The translations under genes were made by a program, and so were the position numbers. The notes under the pieces are model-generated. The model searched no databases and was not told the DNA's origin. It worked only from the letters and a program-made list of their open reading frames with translations. DNA of 62,100 bases, counting the filler, from Sluysia triapertura (taxonomy: Eukaryota), in NCBI GenBank assembly GCA_046118255.1. It is 4 parts of 4 records of this genome, joined end to end, with 100 filler letters (N's around TTAATTAATTAA, not from the genome) between each part and the next. Parts side by side here need not be neighbours in the genome. Positions count along the whole stretch, not along the records: positions 1 to 14,005 come from JBJNIA010010651.1; 3 more parts are not named here. The stretch is one strand, 5' to 3'. Positions 1 to 10,290 of this stretch are shown here, piece after piece. Positions within the stretch are counted from its first letter, which is position 1. Every line of letters starts with the position of its first letter.

Positions 1-196
1 ATCCAAAATTAATTTTACTTTAACCTTTCAACAAGCATTTAAAACCATTCAATTTAATGCATAGATCTTGTTTTCAAATGTAGACCTTAAATAAGTTTCA
101 ATAAATTATTCTAACATTTTTCACTTCACTTACAACCTAAACCACTACATCTCTAAAAAACAAAGTTAATAAAACTTTAAAAATTTCATTATCATA

Positions 197-256
197 CTGC
201 GAAGTAACAACCACAAACGATACATTATACGCTTAGTTACGGTTATTCCTTCGCAG
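197..256. repeat. Spaced inverted repeat IR0, cassette copy A
   Basis: CTGCGAAGTAACAACC (197-212) / GGTTATTCCTTCGCAG (241-256), 14/16 paired, 28-nt spacer; homologous to 27404-27460. Confidence 0.7.
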
Positions 257-504
257 CATAACATTCGTTTCTTTTCTTTTATTTCAATTATGTTTATGTA
301 GAATATAAAGAATATTAAGAACAAGCTTGTATAATAGATTTTAAAAGATTTATGCATTTCTTTTAAATTTTTGAAATAATAATAACAACAGTAATTTTAC
401 TATTTCTATTATTATCAAAATTGTTATTATTATCATTATTTTCATTATTGTTTATTGTTTTTATTATTAGTAGTAGTATGTGTTAAATAAATTAAATTAA
501 AACT

Positions 505-657
505 TGTTGTCACCATCATCAGTGGTGACATGTCATTTAATTCTGTCAACTACACTTCACCACTGATGATGGTTTGTAGTCAAATAAAAATTAATTTCAT
601 CATCGCCAATCAGAGTGCAAATTATTTTCATTCGTGTTAAGACACTCTGATTGGGCA
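505..657. repeat. Double spaced inverted-repeat module (IR1+IR2), cassette copy A
   Basis: Perfect 17-bp IR ACCATCATCAGTGGTGA (512-528)/TCACCACTGATGATGGT (557-573); perfect 12-bp IR CCAATCAGAGTG (606-617)/CACTCTGATTGG (643-654). Confidence 0.9.
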
Positions 658-886
658 GGCTAGAAAAACAATAAAAGAGAACTAAAAATAGTAGCGAATA
701 AAGTATTACTGCTCTCAATTAGAAATCATTATTATGCATAATTAAAAAGTAGACAATTAAACAGTTAAATACAAAATTTTTCCAGACAATATATAATAAA
801 AATCTAGACGTAAAAGTTTTAAAAGTTCCTATACCCAATTATCAATAGATCGGTCTCAAAAAAACAAAGTACAGACAATTTTTAGT

Positions 887-1160
887 GGTAAAGTCGATGA
901 TTATCTAATTTATAACATGACCAAACATCTAGATTTAGTCAATCAAATAAATATACTTAACAACATAGTTCCATCCATTTGCAAGGTAAATGATAAATTT
1001 AGTGAACTACATGTTGGTAAAGTCGATGATTATCCAATTTATGATATGACCAAACATCTAGATCTAGTTAATCAAATGTATATTCTCCACAATATGGATT
1101 TATCCATTTGCAAGGTATACGATAAATTTGATGAAATACTCATGAGTAAATCCGATTATC
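887..1160 (+). repeat. 129-bp (43-codon) internal tandem duplication
   Basis: GGTAAAGTCGATGATTAT...ACCAAACATCTAGAT...CCATTTGCAAGGTA at 887 and 1016, plus a degenerate third start near 1145. Confidence 0.92.
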
Positions 1161-1897
1161 AACCAATTCGTATTAGTCTGTTGATCAGGAAGGACATAAA
1201 GAATTATGAAGACAAGGAAAATTTCTCAAATAGTAATGTAGAGAATCGTGTTACAAATCCTGAAGAAGTTAATGTTAACAATTTGTTTATAAATGATGAT
1301 ATCAAAGAAGTAAATTCAATATCTCCATTTAACGCCAATGAATCGAAAAGATGCGATTGTAAAGTTTATTTAAGAAAGTTGGACGTAAATTATAATAAAG
1401 CAATTGACGAGCAAAAAACATTTATTATGTTAGATGACTACGATAGAGATATAATTTTTTGTAAGCTTTTGACTGATAGCAGTCGTTTACGTATTACGAA
1501 ATTGACTAATCGTTCTGTTAGTTTTAAATTGATTTATAGATATAATTATTTTTTAGTCAAATTAGTTATAGGTGGGACCATGAAACGCTCGAGAGCTAGA
1601 TTAGAAGATTTTCCTTATATGCTCAGTATCGTCAAAAATGTGGATCTAATATATTTTTATTTTTATAGTTCATTAATAAATTTTTATATATATAGTTCAG
1701 TGTTAATAAATAAATATTGTTTAAAAATTGATAAAAACTTAACAAATCTGAAGCATATTATCATAGTTAAGTTTAGAGATCCAGCATCTAAGAATCATTA
1801 TGTTAATATTTACGTATCATGTTACAATTTTTGTAAAAAATTTAAATTAGTGTTAATGATCATATTAATTAATAACGTATTATTATGTATGTCATAA
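917..1897 (+). CDS. Orphan protein, cassette cargo family member A (326 aa; may contain a read-through intron or be a pseudogene; continues in 1885-2187)
   Basis: Long ORF in stop-rich AT DNA; collinear motif matches to 27903-30000 and 9100-9509 (GGTMKR/AGSMKR; LSIVKNVDLIYFYF/LDITKDVDELNNYF). No known domain recognised. Confidence 0.55.
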   Translation: MTKHLDLVNQINILNNIVPSICKVNDKFSELHVGKVDDYPIYDMTKHLDLVNQMYILHNMDLSICKVYDKFDEILMSKSDYQPIRISLLIRKDIKNYEDKENFSNSNVENRVTNPEEVNVNNLFINDDIKEVNSISPFNANESKRCDCKVYLRKLDVNYNKAIDEQKTFIMLDDYDRDIIFCKLLTDSSRLRITKLTNRSVSFKLIYRYNYFLVKLVIGGTMKRSRARLEDFPYMLSIVKNVDLIYFYFYSSLINFYIYSSVLINKYCLKIDKNLTNLKHIIIVKFRDPASKNHYVNIYVSCYNFCKKFKLVLMIILINNVLLCMS

Positions 1898-2187
1898 AAC
1901 TTACACTTAGAATATATGGTTACAAATCTAATTCTTTCTCTACGTTATCAATCTTTCAGTCAACTTCCGATACTGTTTACTTTATCGAACTTAGTAATAC
2001 GCTCTCAACTTTAAGATACATTATAAACACAAACATACGTCTTAATCTTCCATCTGTAAAAGCTCGGCATACATCTTCATGCATAAAACTAGCCTTTAAT
2101 AAATTAAATTATATGATATTATCATCCATAAATTTGTGTCAGAATAATGACCACCAAATTTATAATTATTCAACAATTATTAAATGA
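1885..2187 (+). CDS. Frameshifted or spliced C-terminal continuation of cargo gene A
   Basis: Overlaps the end of 917-1897; IYGYKSNSFSTLSIFQ aligns by eye with KYGTDHSSISHYLILK downstream of ORF 29201-29680. Confidence 0.4.
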   Translation: MYVIKLTLRIYGYKSNSFSTLSIFQSTSDTVYFIELSNTLSTLRYIINTNIRLNLPSVKARHTSSCIKLAFNKLNYMILSSINLCQNNDHQIYNYSTIIK

Positions 2188-2362
2188 GATGCATTAAAAA
2201 AACTACTGTTGTCGTCCACTGTATTAATTATTGAAGAGTTGAACAATGAGACATTTTTTTCGTCTTCAGTGATTTTAGTTCTTTTGTATTAGTTTTTTTA
2301 ATTAATTTGTGTACAACCAATATTAAGGTGTAATAGAAATTCTAGTATTGAAAAGTTTTATA

Positions 2363-4066
2363 CAGTAATTTCGTCACGAAAAGTAAATAAAATCTTGCAA
2401 TCAGACTCAATGTACGAATAAATGACAAATGTAAGCTTCTTTATCCGGACATCCTTTATACACATTACTTTATTTTCCGGATCATCATTTACAAGATAAA
2501 ATACATTAAAATAAAATTTGTTTTTAAACAAAATTTCACGAATATTCCACATCCTTAATATTATCAATTTATGTCTACAAGGAAGAAAATGGTGTTACAA
2601 TTAAATGATTAATTATAAATTATAAATCGTCTAGAAAAAAATATTGCGATAGATTAAGGTGTTTGGAAAAATAAAGATTCCGTGATAAAATTTGTATCAT
2701 TCCAATATAATAGTGGATGTTCCAAAAAATGGAAAACTGTGAAAAAAGCCAATCAATGATAAGATAGACAACGCAATTTATCAATGGTTTTTACAGAAAT
2801 TAAGCATTGATCAACCTATCACGGGCCGGTTATTGTGCGAGAAAGCTTTATATTTTAACGAAGAAATTGAAAATAATGAAAACTTTAAAGCCAGTGGAGA
2901 GACGAAATATGAGAATTAGAAATCCATGGAGAGAAACTTTCATAAGATTTTGCTGCATCAGAAAAATTCAAAACTGATTTTAATTTATTTATTGTACGCG
3001 AGAAATATGACAGTCTGGTTTATATTGAAAAGCTCTTCCTAACAGGTCTCTGACATCAAGAAATGAAGATAAGGCTCCTGGACATAAAGTTTCTTTAGTG
3101 GTATGAGGTAACTCGAATGGACGTCATCAGCTCCCATTGGTTTAAAACCCGTGTTTTTTTCCAATAGTCCACACCAGTCAAAACAGAGGATGGATGAATT
3201 CTGCTACATTTATTCATTGTTTCAAAAAGTTTTTCATTCGTATAAACATTTCATAAAGGTTTTGGAAAAGTTGGCAATGTATTATTATTATTATTATTAG
3301 ATGTTATTATTATTGTTGTTATTGTTGTCACACCATCTGAAGATGTTGTAAAGTAATGTTTCTTCAACCAAATGTTACATCAATCCTTCAGCCAATTGAC
3401 GAAGGTGTAATTTCTACGGTATTAAGGAATTTTTCCAAAGTTTTGATTGCATGATGATAATGAAGAAACTTATTTCCAGCTTTCTAAAGTAATTAGTTTG
3501 AAAGATTGTTGCTGGTGGTAGCTGAAGAATGGAATATGGTGGCTCATATGCATCTTTACTGCGTTGTTGGAACAGACTAATGGTTGGAAATGATGTTGAG
3601 AGTAATTGTAATAAGATATGTGATATTAAAGACGCAGAGGATAATTTATTAGGCTTGGTAAAAGGTGTTCCAGCATCATATGACTGTAATTTACTAGATG
3701 TTAGAGTGATTCTGGGTTTCAAGCGTTAAATTGTGATGAAATTGCTGAACTTGTTGGTAATTATAATAAATGTTATGATGAGACATTAATAGGTGATGAA
3801 CATGAAGTGGAAAGTGATACATCGAGTAACACCGCACTAGAGATGGCTCTACGTTGCTTCGTAGCACTAAAAAGTCGGTTCCAGTGCAATAATTTTGTTT
3901 AAAAATATTCGGATATTCCTCATTAAAGAAAAAATCAATAACAGGCTATTTCAATTAAGGATTTTATGTTTTCTGTTCGAATTTATTTATTACTCTATTA
4001 TTCAATTTTTTTTCTTATCCGGATCATCTCTGGTCCGAAGTGATTCAGATAATAGGAGTTTCACTG
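2363..4066 (+). mobile_element. Decayed pogo/Tigger (JRKL/TIGD-like) DNA transposon
   Basis: TA|CAGT...ACTG|TA ends; frameshifted transposase with CENP-B HTH (IDNAIYQWFLQK...PITGRLLCEKAL...FKAS) and DDE_1 pieces (KALPNRSL, KAPGHK, GWMNS, FLQPNVTSILQPIDEGVI). Confidence 0.85.
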
Positions 4067-5199
4067 TATTTAAAAAAACAAACAGAAAAATGCAGCTGTC
4101 AGCACGTGAAAAAAAATATTTAACAAAATATTATTAATTATGCAAAATAAAAAGCAACATAAATCGTATAAATTAATCTAATCTAATTACATTCTACGAA
4201 TGATTAAATGATGTATTTTCAGAATAATTTAATTTATTTTTACTAATTTAACGGATGTAAAAAATTAAACTTGTCTTACAAAGAGAACATTAGTAGACAA
4301 CTGTTAAATGATGAAAAACTGCTAACTTTCTCACAAAGTACTATTAAATCTGTAGATTTAGGTAGACACAAAATAAATGATCGCATAATTAATACTTCAT
4401 CAATCAAATTCATCTGACTTAGAAAAAAATGGTGTTTTTCTTGATACAAAAACCTAACTTACAGCAAAATAAATTATTATTGAGTCCGTTTACAGTGTAC
4501 GATTTACCAATGACGTACCTGTAAAATTACGTGACAGCAATTCTAAAAACTAGTTGTATAAAAAATACGCTTTGCCTAAATTTAAGCAATAATGGACAAA
4601 ATGACTTAACAAATAATTACGACCAACGTTGGAATATACAATATTTAAATTATGTGAAAGTGTAAGGTTTATAATATTTGTATAGAAACGTATTGTATTA
4701 TATATATTTTTAACTCTTAGCTAGATCTTAATGTAATGATCGTTGGGTTTTTGATTTCTATGAAAATTTAATGAGATTATATTGTAATCAAAGTACTTTC
4801 GACTAAAATGTATTTAATTGTAACTTGACCTTAATATAAAGACTATAAGCTTAATTTACGTTACAATATTAGAAAAATTATAATAAAACAAGACTCAAAA
4901 GGTTTAATTTTTATTATACAACAATTAAAATTAAAATAAAACTACTGAAAATTTATAAAATTCAAAAGAGCAATTATTAATAATGACAAAAAGTTATAAA
5001 TAATAAAATTATAATAAGGATAAAAGTTAAATTATAATAAAGGTCTAGCCGAGAGACTCTACCTTATGATACTGATTTTATAATTGATCTTAAGGGCCAA
5101 CTAAAGAGGAATGAATTTAGATTTTGAATGGATTTTGTGATTGGCCTTAAGGACCAACCGAAAACTTAATATTTTAAGTATAGATTTTAACTCAAAATT

Positions 5200-5900
5200 G
5201 AGTGTTCACACTATATACAACAAACTTACAAATTCAATCAATAATATTGAGGATCAGTTTCCAAAAAAGTTTCTCGAATTGGTTTGATAGGTTGCATCGC
5301 TGATGATTGGAAATTGTTATACCTCTAATCGAAGACGCGAGATTTATACTGATAACTTGACTAATAAATTTGATAATTGTTGGAGTACTGAACTTGCTGG
5401 CGAATTGATTTTGATAGACGTGGAAATGTTAATTTCGTATTGATGACAATTGTTTTTGTGATTATGACTTCTATCTAATTTGTACTACAAAATGGCATAT
5501 TATAAACAATGGCGTTTTTCTTTATCTGTCTTTTCTTATATAGTTTTTTTTGCATACAAAGCACATATTTAAAATTTTGATTTGATAAAACAATTTTATT
5601 TCTGGAAACTTCTCTTTGTATTATTTTTTAAAGTAACAGAATAATAATTTTAATTTTAATATAATTAGAATAATTTTTTTACAATAAAATAAAATATAAA
5701 AATATTGTACACCTTTACATTATTGACTGTTACTATAAATTATTGAGAGTCTTTACTTAATGCTCACATGTCTAACTTATCTTACTTAATGTATGTACTA
5801 AAATCTAAAGTAAAACTAATAAATGCACAATCTATATAACAAAAAACAAATCTATTAACAAATTAAACAATATTGAATTATTAAACAATATTATAATAGA
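5200..5900 (-). mobile_element. Probable LTR-retrotransposon gag relic
   Basis: Degenerate zinc-knuckle-like CFVCKK...KD near 5530-5570; many stops. Confidence 0.3.
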
Positions 5901-6328
5901 CTTGGTCAAAAATAAGATAGAAATAAAATATTAAAATATTAGAATTAAAGCCACGAAGGATTTTTAATCTCGTTTATAATAATTTTGCGTGGATTTTAAC
6001 CCTCAATAAATTAGGTAAACTTAATAAATAATACTTAAAATAGAAATATTTAAGTGAAGTTTATGATACGAATATTTTTACTATTAGTACCGCCTTAAAA
6101 TAATGCACAGTGAACATGGAATAAAAACAGGTTCTGAATAGTTATGACACCAATATTGAATAAAACTTGAATAACCCTGTGCAAACGACAAAGAAAAAAC
6201 TAAAATGGAATCGATATAAATTTTATAATGAAGATTTAAATGAAACTAGTAATTTTAAAAATGGCAATTCTCATTAAACTGCTGCTAGTTTATGTATTAG
6301 TCATCCGCCAATAGGAATTGATGCAATG

Positions 6329-6351
6329 TTCTAGAACATTCTAGAAGCTTC
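6329..6351. promoter_or_regulatory. Perfect five-unit heat-shock element with adjacent CCAAT box
   Basis: TTCtaGAAcaTTCtaGAAgcTTC matches alternating nGAAn pentamers; CCAAT at 6308-6312. Confidence 0.55.
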
Positions 6352-7529
6352 TATTCTGTTTTTAGAAAAGATTTTTCTTTTTAGAAATTTTATTTTATTT
6401 TTTGGAAAATAAATTTTTTTAAGGTTTTAAAGGACTTATAAATGATCTTAGAGTATTTTGCATAATTTTAGAGGGTTGTGATGACAACCTAACAAATTTA
6501 ATGCTTGCAATAACTTTTACTTATGTTGCGTCTACATTAACAGAAGGTTTACTCTGAATTTATGCAATAATTTTGTATTTATGTAATCCATGTAATCCAT
6601 AATTCACAAAAATGTTTTATATTTATAATTACAATTATTTATAAAATAACTCCAAAGTTTCTTTTATATTATTAATGAACAAAAATTAATTACCGAATAA
6701 AAAAAAATTAAAATTAAAATTCACTTTTAGAAAATACGATTTTATTTTTTAGAAATGAAGTTTCTTGTATTTTCCTTGTTAGAAAATCACTTTCATTTTT
6801 AAGTGTTGTAATGACAACCTAACATTGGTTTATTAAATTGGATTCTAATTTAGCTTTGATTCCGTTTATTCATATTTAATATTGAATGTAATTCCAAAAT
6901 GTAATTAGTTTTGACTTACGTGAATGCTGCATAAAAGGCAATTGGTAAAATGAGCACTTAAAGCTACTTTTAATACCTTTACAATAAATATTAAAAATTT
7001 CTTTTAAAATCGATACAAATTTTGATGATACAAAAATAAGTTGTTTTATATTTTTATGTATTGTATAGTTAATACAAGAGCATTAAATATAAGTTTTAAA
7101 TTAATTGACGAGTTGATATTAGTTGCTGACGAACAAAGATTATTGACACATTTTGAACAATCACTACACGGACTGCCTTCTTTATAAGGTTTGCTTGTTG
7201 AATTAAATCTAAAACGAATTATATATATAATCTAAGGAAATTAGAATGTATTAGGTTATAAAAAGTCAACAATTACCCAGAAATATATTGTGGATTAATT
7301 TATTTACTTTTTGTAAACGTCACACAAATTCGAGTTTATTATTAATTTGATTAATGTAAAAGGATCTTAGCTATATTTTATTTTGTTTCATTGATCAAAA
7401 TAAAGTTGTTCTTATGATTATTAAAATGTTTATCAATCTTAGACAATAAACGAACAATGAATTATTATTATAAAATTCAAACACTTTTTCAAAAAATCTT
7501 TAGTCGTCTTCACTTCCTCTGTTAAATCT

Positions 7530-8700
7530 CCTCCATAAAGTACTAAAATAAACACGCACACACTAATTTGTGCTTCAAAATATGTGGCCAAACTGATTTT
7601 TGATACTTGTAAAAATGAAAAAAAGCAATAGATGCACAAAACTTAAGATAACAAAATATCATCATACATATTATTAGATATACATTGTTAAACCTTAAAA
7701 ACATTGATTTTGGTTTTCGTATTTTTTAATTATTACCAAATATTTATAAATTACCATCATATTTTTGATTTAAATTCTTGCATTTAGTTTCTTAATTGAA
7801 TATTTATTACACCGATTGACTTCAATACTAATCATAAAAGCAAATAAATAAAAATAGTCAAAATTAAAGAATAATTTGTTATCAAAAAAAATGTTCCCTA
7901 ATGATTGTAAATTATATTTTGCTTATTAATGATTTTATTAAAAACTGCATACTTTTTGTTGTATAGACACACCGTCATTACTTTCAGATTTTCATGCAAT
8001 GAGCAAACAAGCGAAGAACAGCCTACTTTTGTCACCATATGATAAATCATCTTAATATAAAAAAATTTCCATTGATTTACATTATTTATCATAAAAGTTA
8101 CAATAATTAACACATTATTTATTTAATTGAATTAATTATTTTAATTAGATTTTTAATAATTTTTAGTGAGATATTAATGAAATAATGTAAGCTTTTGTTT
8201 TTGTATTTAATGTATCATTTATATAATGGACAATTTTATGATTTAATTAAATGAATTATTTTTCAATACAAAATTTATTATTTTTCATCAAATTTTTGAC
8301 ACAAAAGTTATTTGAAGACATTTTCAAATAAATTTTCTGCATAATTATTTAGTTTTCACCTATTTTCAGTAATCTTTTAAATATTTTAATAAATTTGAAA
8401 CAATGCCTCAAAACCAGTTGCATTCATTGCTTCTCACTTGAATTTTTTTACTTAGCAATATTATCAAAGTTACCATTGTCTTTATCAAACTCTTTTTTCT
8501 CAAATTGATCGATCTTGTTCTGATCAATAACAACTACATTGGATTTTGTTGATAAAGATAAAGTTTTTGCACAAAAATGCAAGTTTAACATTAAATCTGA
8601 AAAAGTATCTCTAATCAATTTCATCAAAAAGTCATAATGACATAAATTTTAAGCTTTCTTGTTTATCACATTTTTAATTTTAACAAAAAGGAATTTCTTT
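7530..8700 (-). mobile_element. Possible heavily decayed pogo-family transposon
   Basis: Weak CENP-B-HTH-like fragment (EAMNATGFEA) and a pogo-like terminus near 7533-7560; very degraded. Confidence 0.25.
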
Positions 8701-9099
8701 AGTTATCATTTTGTCAACAATTGAATGTATAAAACGGAAACAATATGAAGAATAGCAATGAAGAAATTAAAATAAAGAGGAATGAAGTACTTCTGATATT
8801 TTTAGATGGTTTTGTTTTAATTTTCTATAATAATTAATAAATTTATTTACCATAAATAATATTATGTTGTGGTGGCCAACACCATTACGCAATATTCTAA
8901 TAAGCCACAACACCAAAATTTACATCTACAAAACATCTAAATTACTCATTATATCAAAATTTACTAAATTTACGCTTTAAAATCTAAAAAATAAAACGAA
9001 ATAAATGAAATTTCTATTAAACACCTTCAATTTCACTGACTTTCTCTCTTATAACTCTCTCTCTTCCTCATTTTTACTTCTCCTTAACCTCTTACCTAA

Positions 9100-9509
9100 T
9101 TGTCTTTATTTAACAATAATTTGGATTGTAATAACCCAGTTGCCAAAAGTATACAATCTCTGACCAATATAACAGAAGGTCCATATAGTTTTTCATTTCA
9201 AAAGAAAACTCTGTCTATATCACAAATAGAAAATGAATCCATGCATGTATTCTCAATATCATCAGTACACAACAATGTTTTGCTTCTGGTGATGTGAATG
9301 ATTCTTCAGTGGCTACAAATATCACTATTAATACAACCATTCTCAAAATGTCAATTTTACGTTTGTACGAGTACTATCAATTATTATCAAATATTGGGCG
9401 TGATTCCAATAAAAATCAATTAGATATTACCAAAGATGTCGATGAATTAAATAATTATTTTACATTTTCCATTGAACGTTTAAAAGCATTGTTAAATTTC
9501 CTTTCATAA
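9100..9509 (+). pseudogene. Fragment of the orphan cargo gene family (two ORFs joined by a frameshift)
   Basis: NP...KKTLSIS matches NP...AKTLSIS of 27903-29141; LDITKDVDELNNYF matches LSIVKNVDLIYFYF of 917-1897; lies downstream of a TGTGGTGG/CA-rich terminus at 8868. Confidence 0.5.
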
Positions 9510-9898
9510 GAATTTTTTTGACATTTGTGTTAATATAAACCTTAAAGTAATTTTAAATGTAAATTATCTACTAATTACTAAAATCAGATTGATTTTATAA
9601 TTTTGTTTATTTATAATTAAAATAATAATGATAATATCTACTAATTATGATAATATTAATAGTAATTTCAATAATGGCAAAAGTTAGAATAGCAAATCAA
9701 CGCAACGTATCAAGTTGAAATATCTAATTATTACTGTATATATATGCTACTAAAATTAGTAGTAGGTAAAATATTTTCGTTAAACATAAGCAAATTTTAG
9801 TAAAAAGAAATATTTAGTTTTATGATTAAAGAAAATCAAAAAGTAAATTTATATGATGTGAATATGTTATTTATTAATAATCCTGGATAATTATAATT

Positions 9899-10290
9899 TT
9901 GAATAATTATATAACTGTGCATGGACAATCCAAACATGAAACTAATGTTATCGTTGAAGTGTCAAATTTAGAACATAAAGATCTGGCAAAGTGGTTTATA
10001 GATTATTATACTCGTGCCAATTCAATTTCTGTTAGTTTCTGGCAGTCAATATATTTCATCTTCAAGCAAGGCCACGTATCGATTGTTTATTTTCTAATAC
10101 CATGAGACGCTAATGTTAACACTGAAAATAAACATCATTATTTTTAGCTTTGCATTTGTATACTCGTAGCATTGCCAAGTATTTGTTTTATTATGGTACA
10201 CCAGTAACCGGAATCGATAAACAATTTCTTAATGATTGTATCACAAAGGAAATCTTGGTCAAATGTTATTTAGATCATATGATTAACGAA
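9899..10290 (+). CDS. ESRP: ESRP/fusilli-like gene, N-terminal (DEDDh-exonuclease-like) region exons; internal intron boundaries uncertain
   Basis: TVHGQ...EVS...LAKWFIDYY resembles ESRP1 TDGQLH...EAS...LPECFYSFF; HMINE|gtatgt resembles AMISE; phase-0 donor at 10291 fits the acceptor at 12346. Confidence 0.55.

Noticed and set aside
557-600. CTGATGA in the IR1 arms (also ~54025 and ~5280) as a hammerhead ribozyme core
   Set aside because: No stem II followed by GAAA and a closing stem III/NUH in any copy; copy B has TTGATGA.
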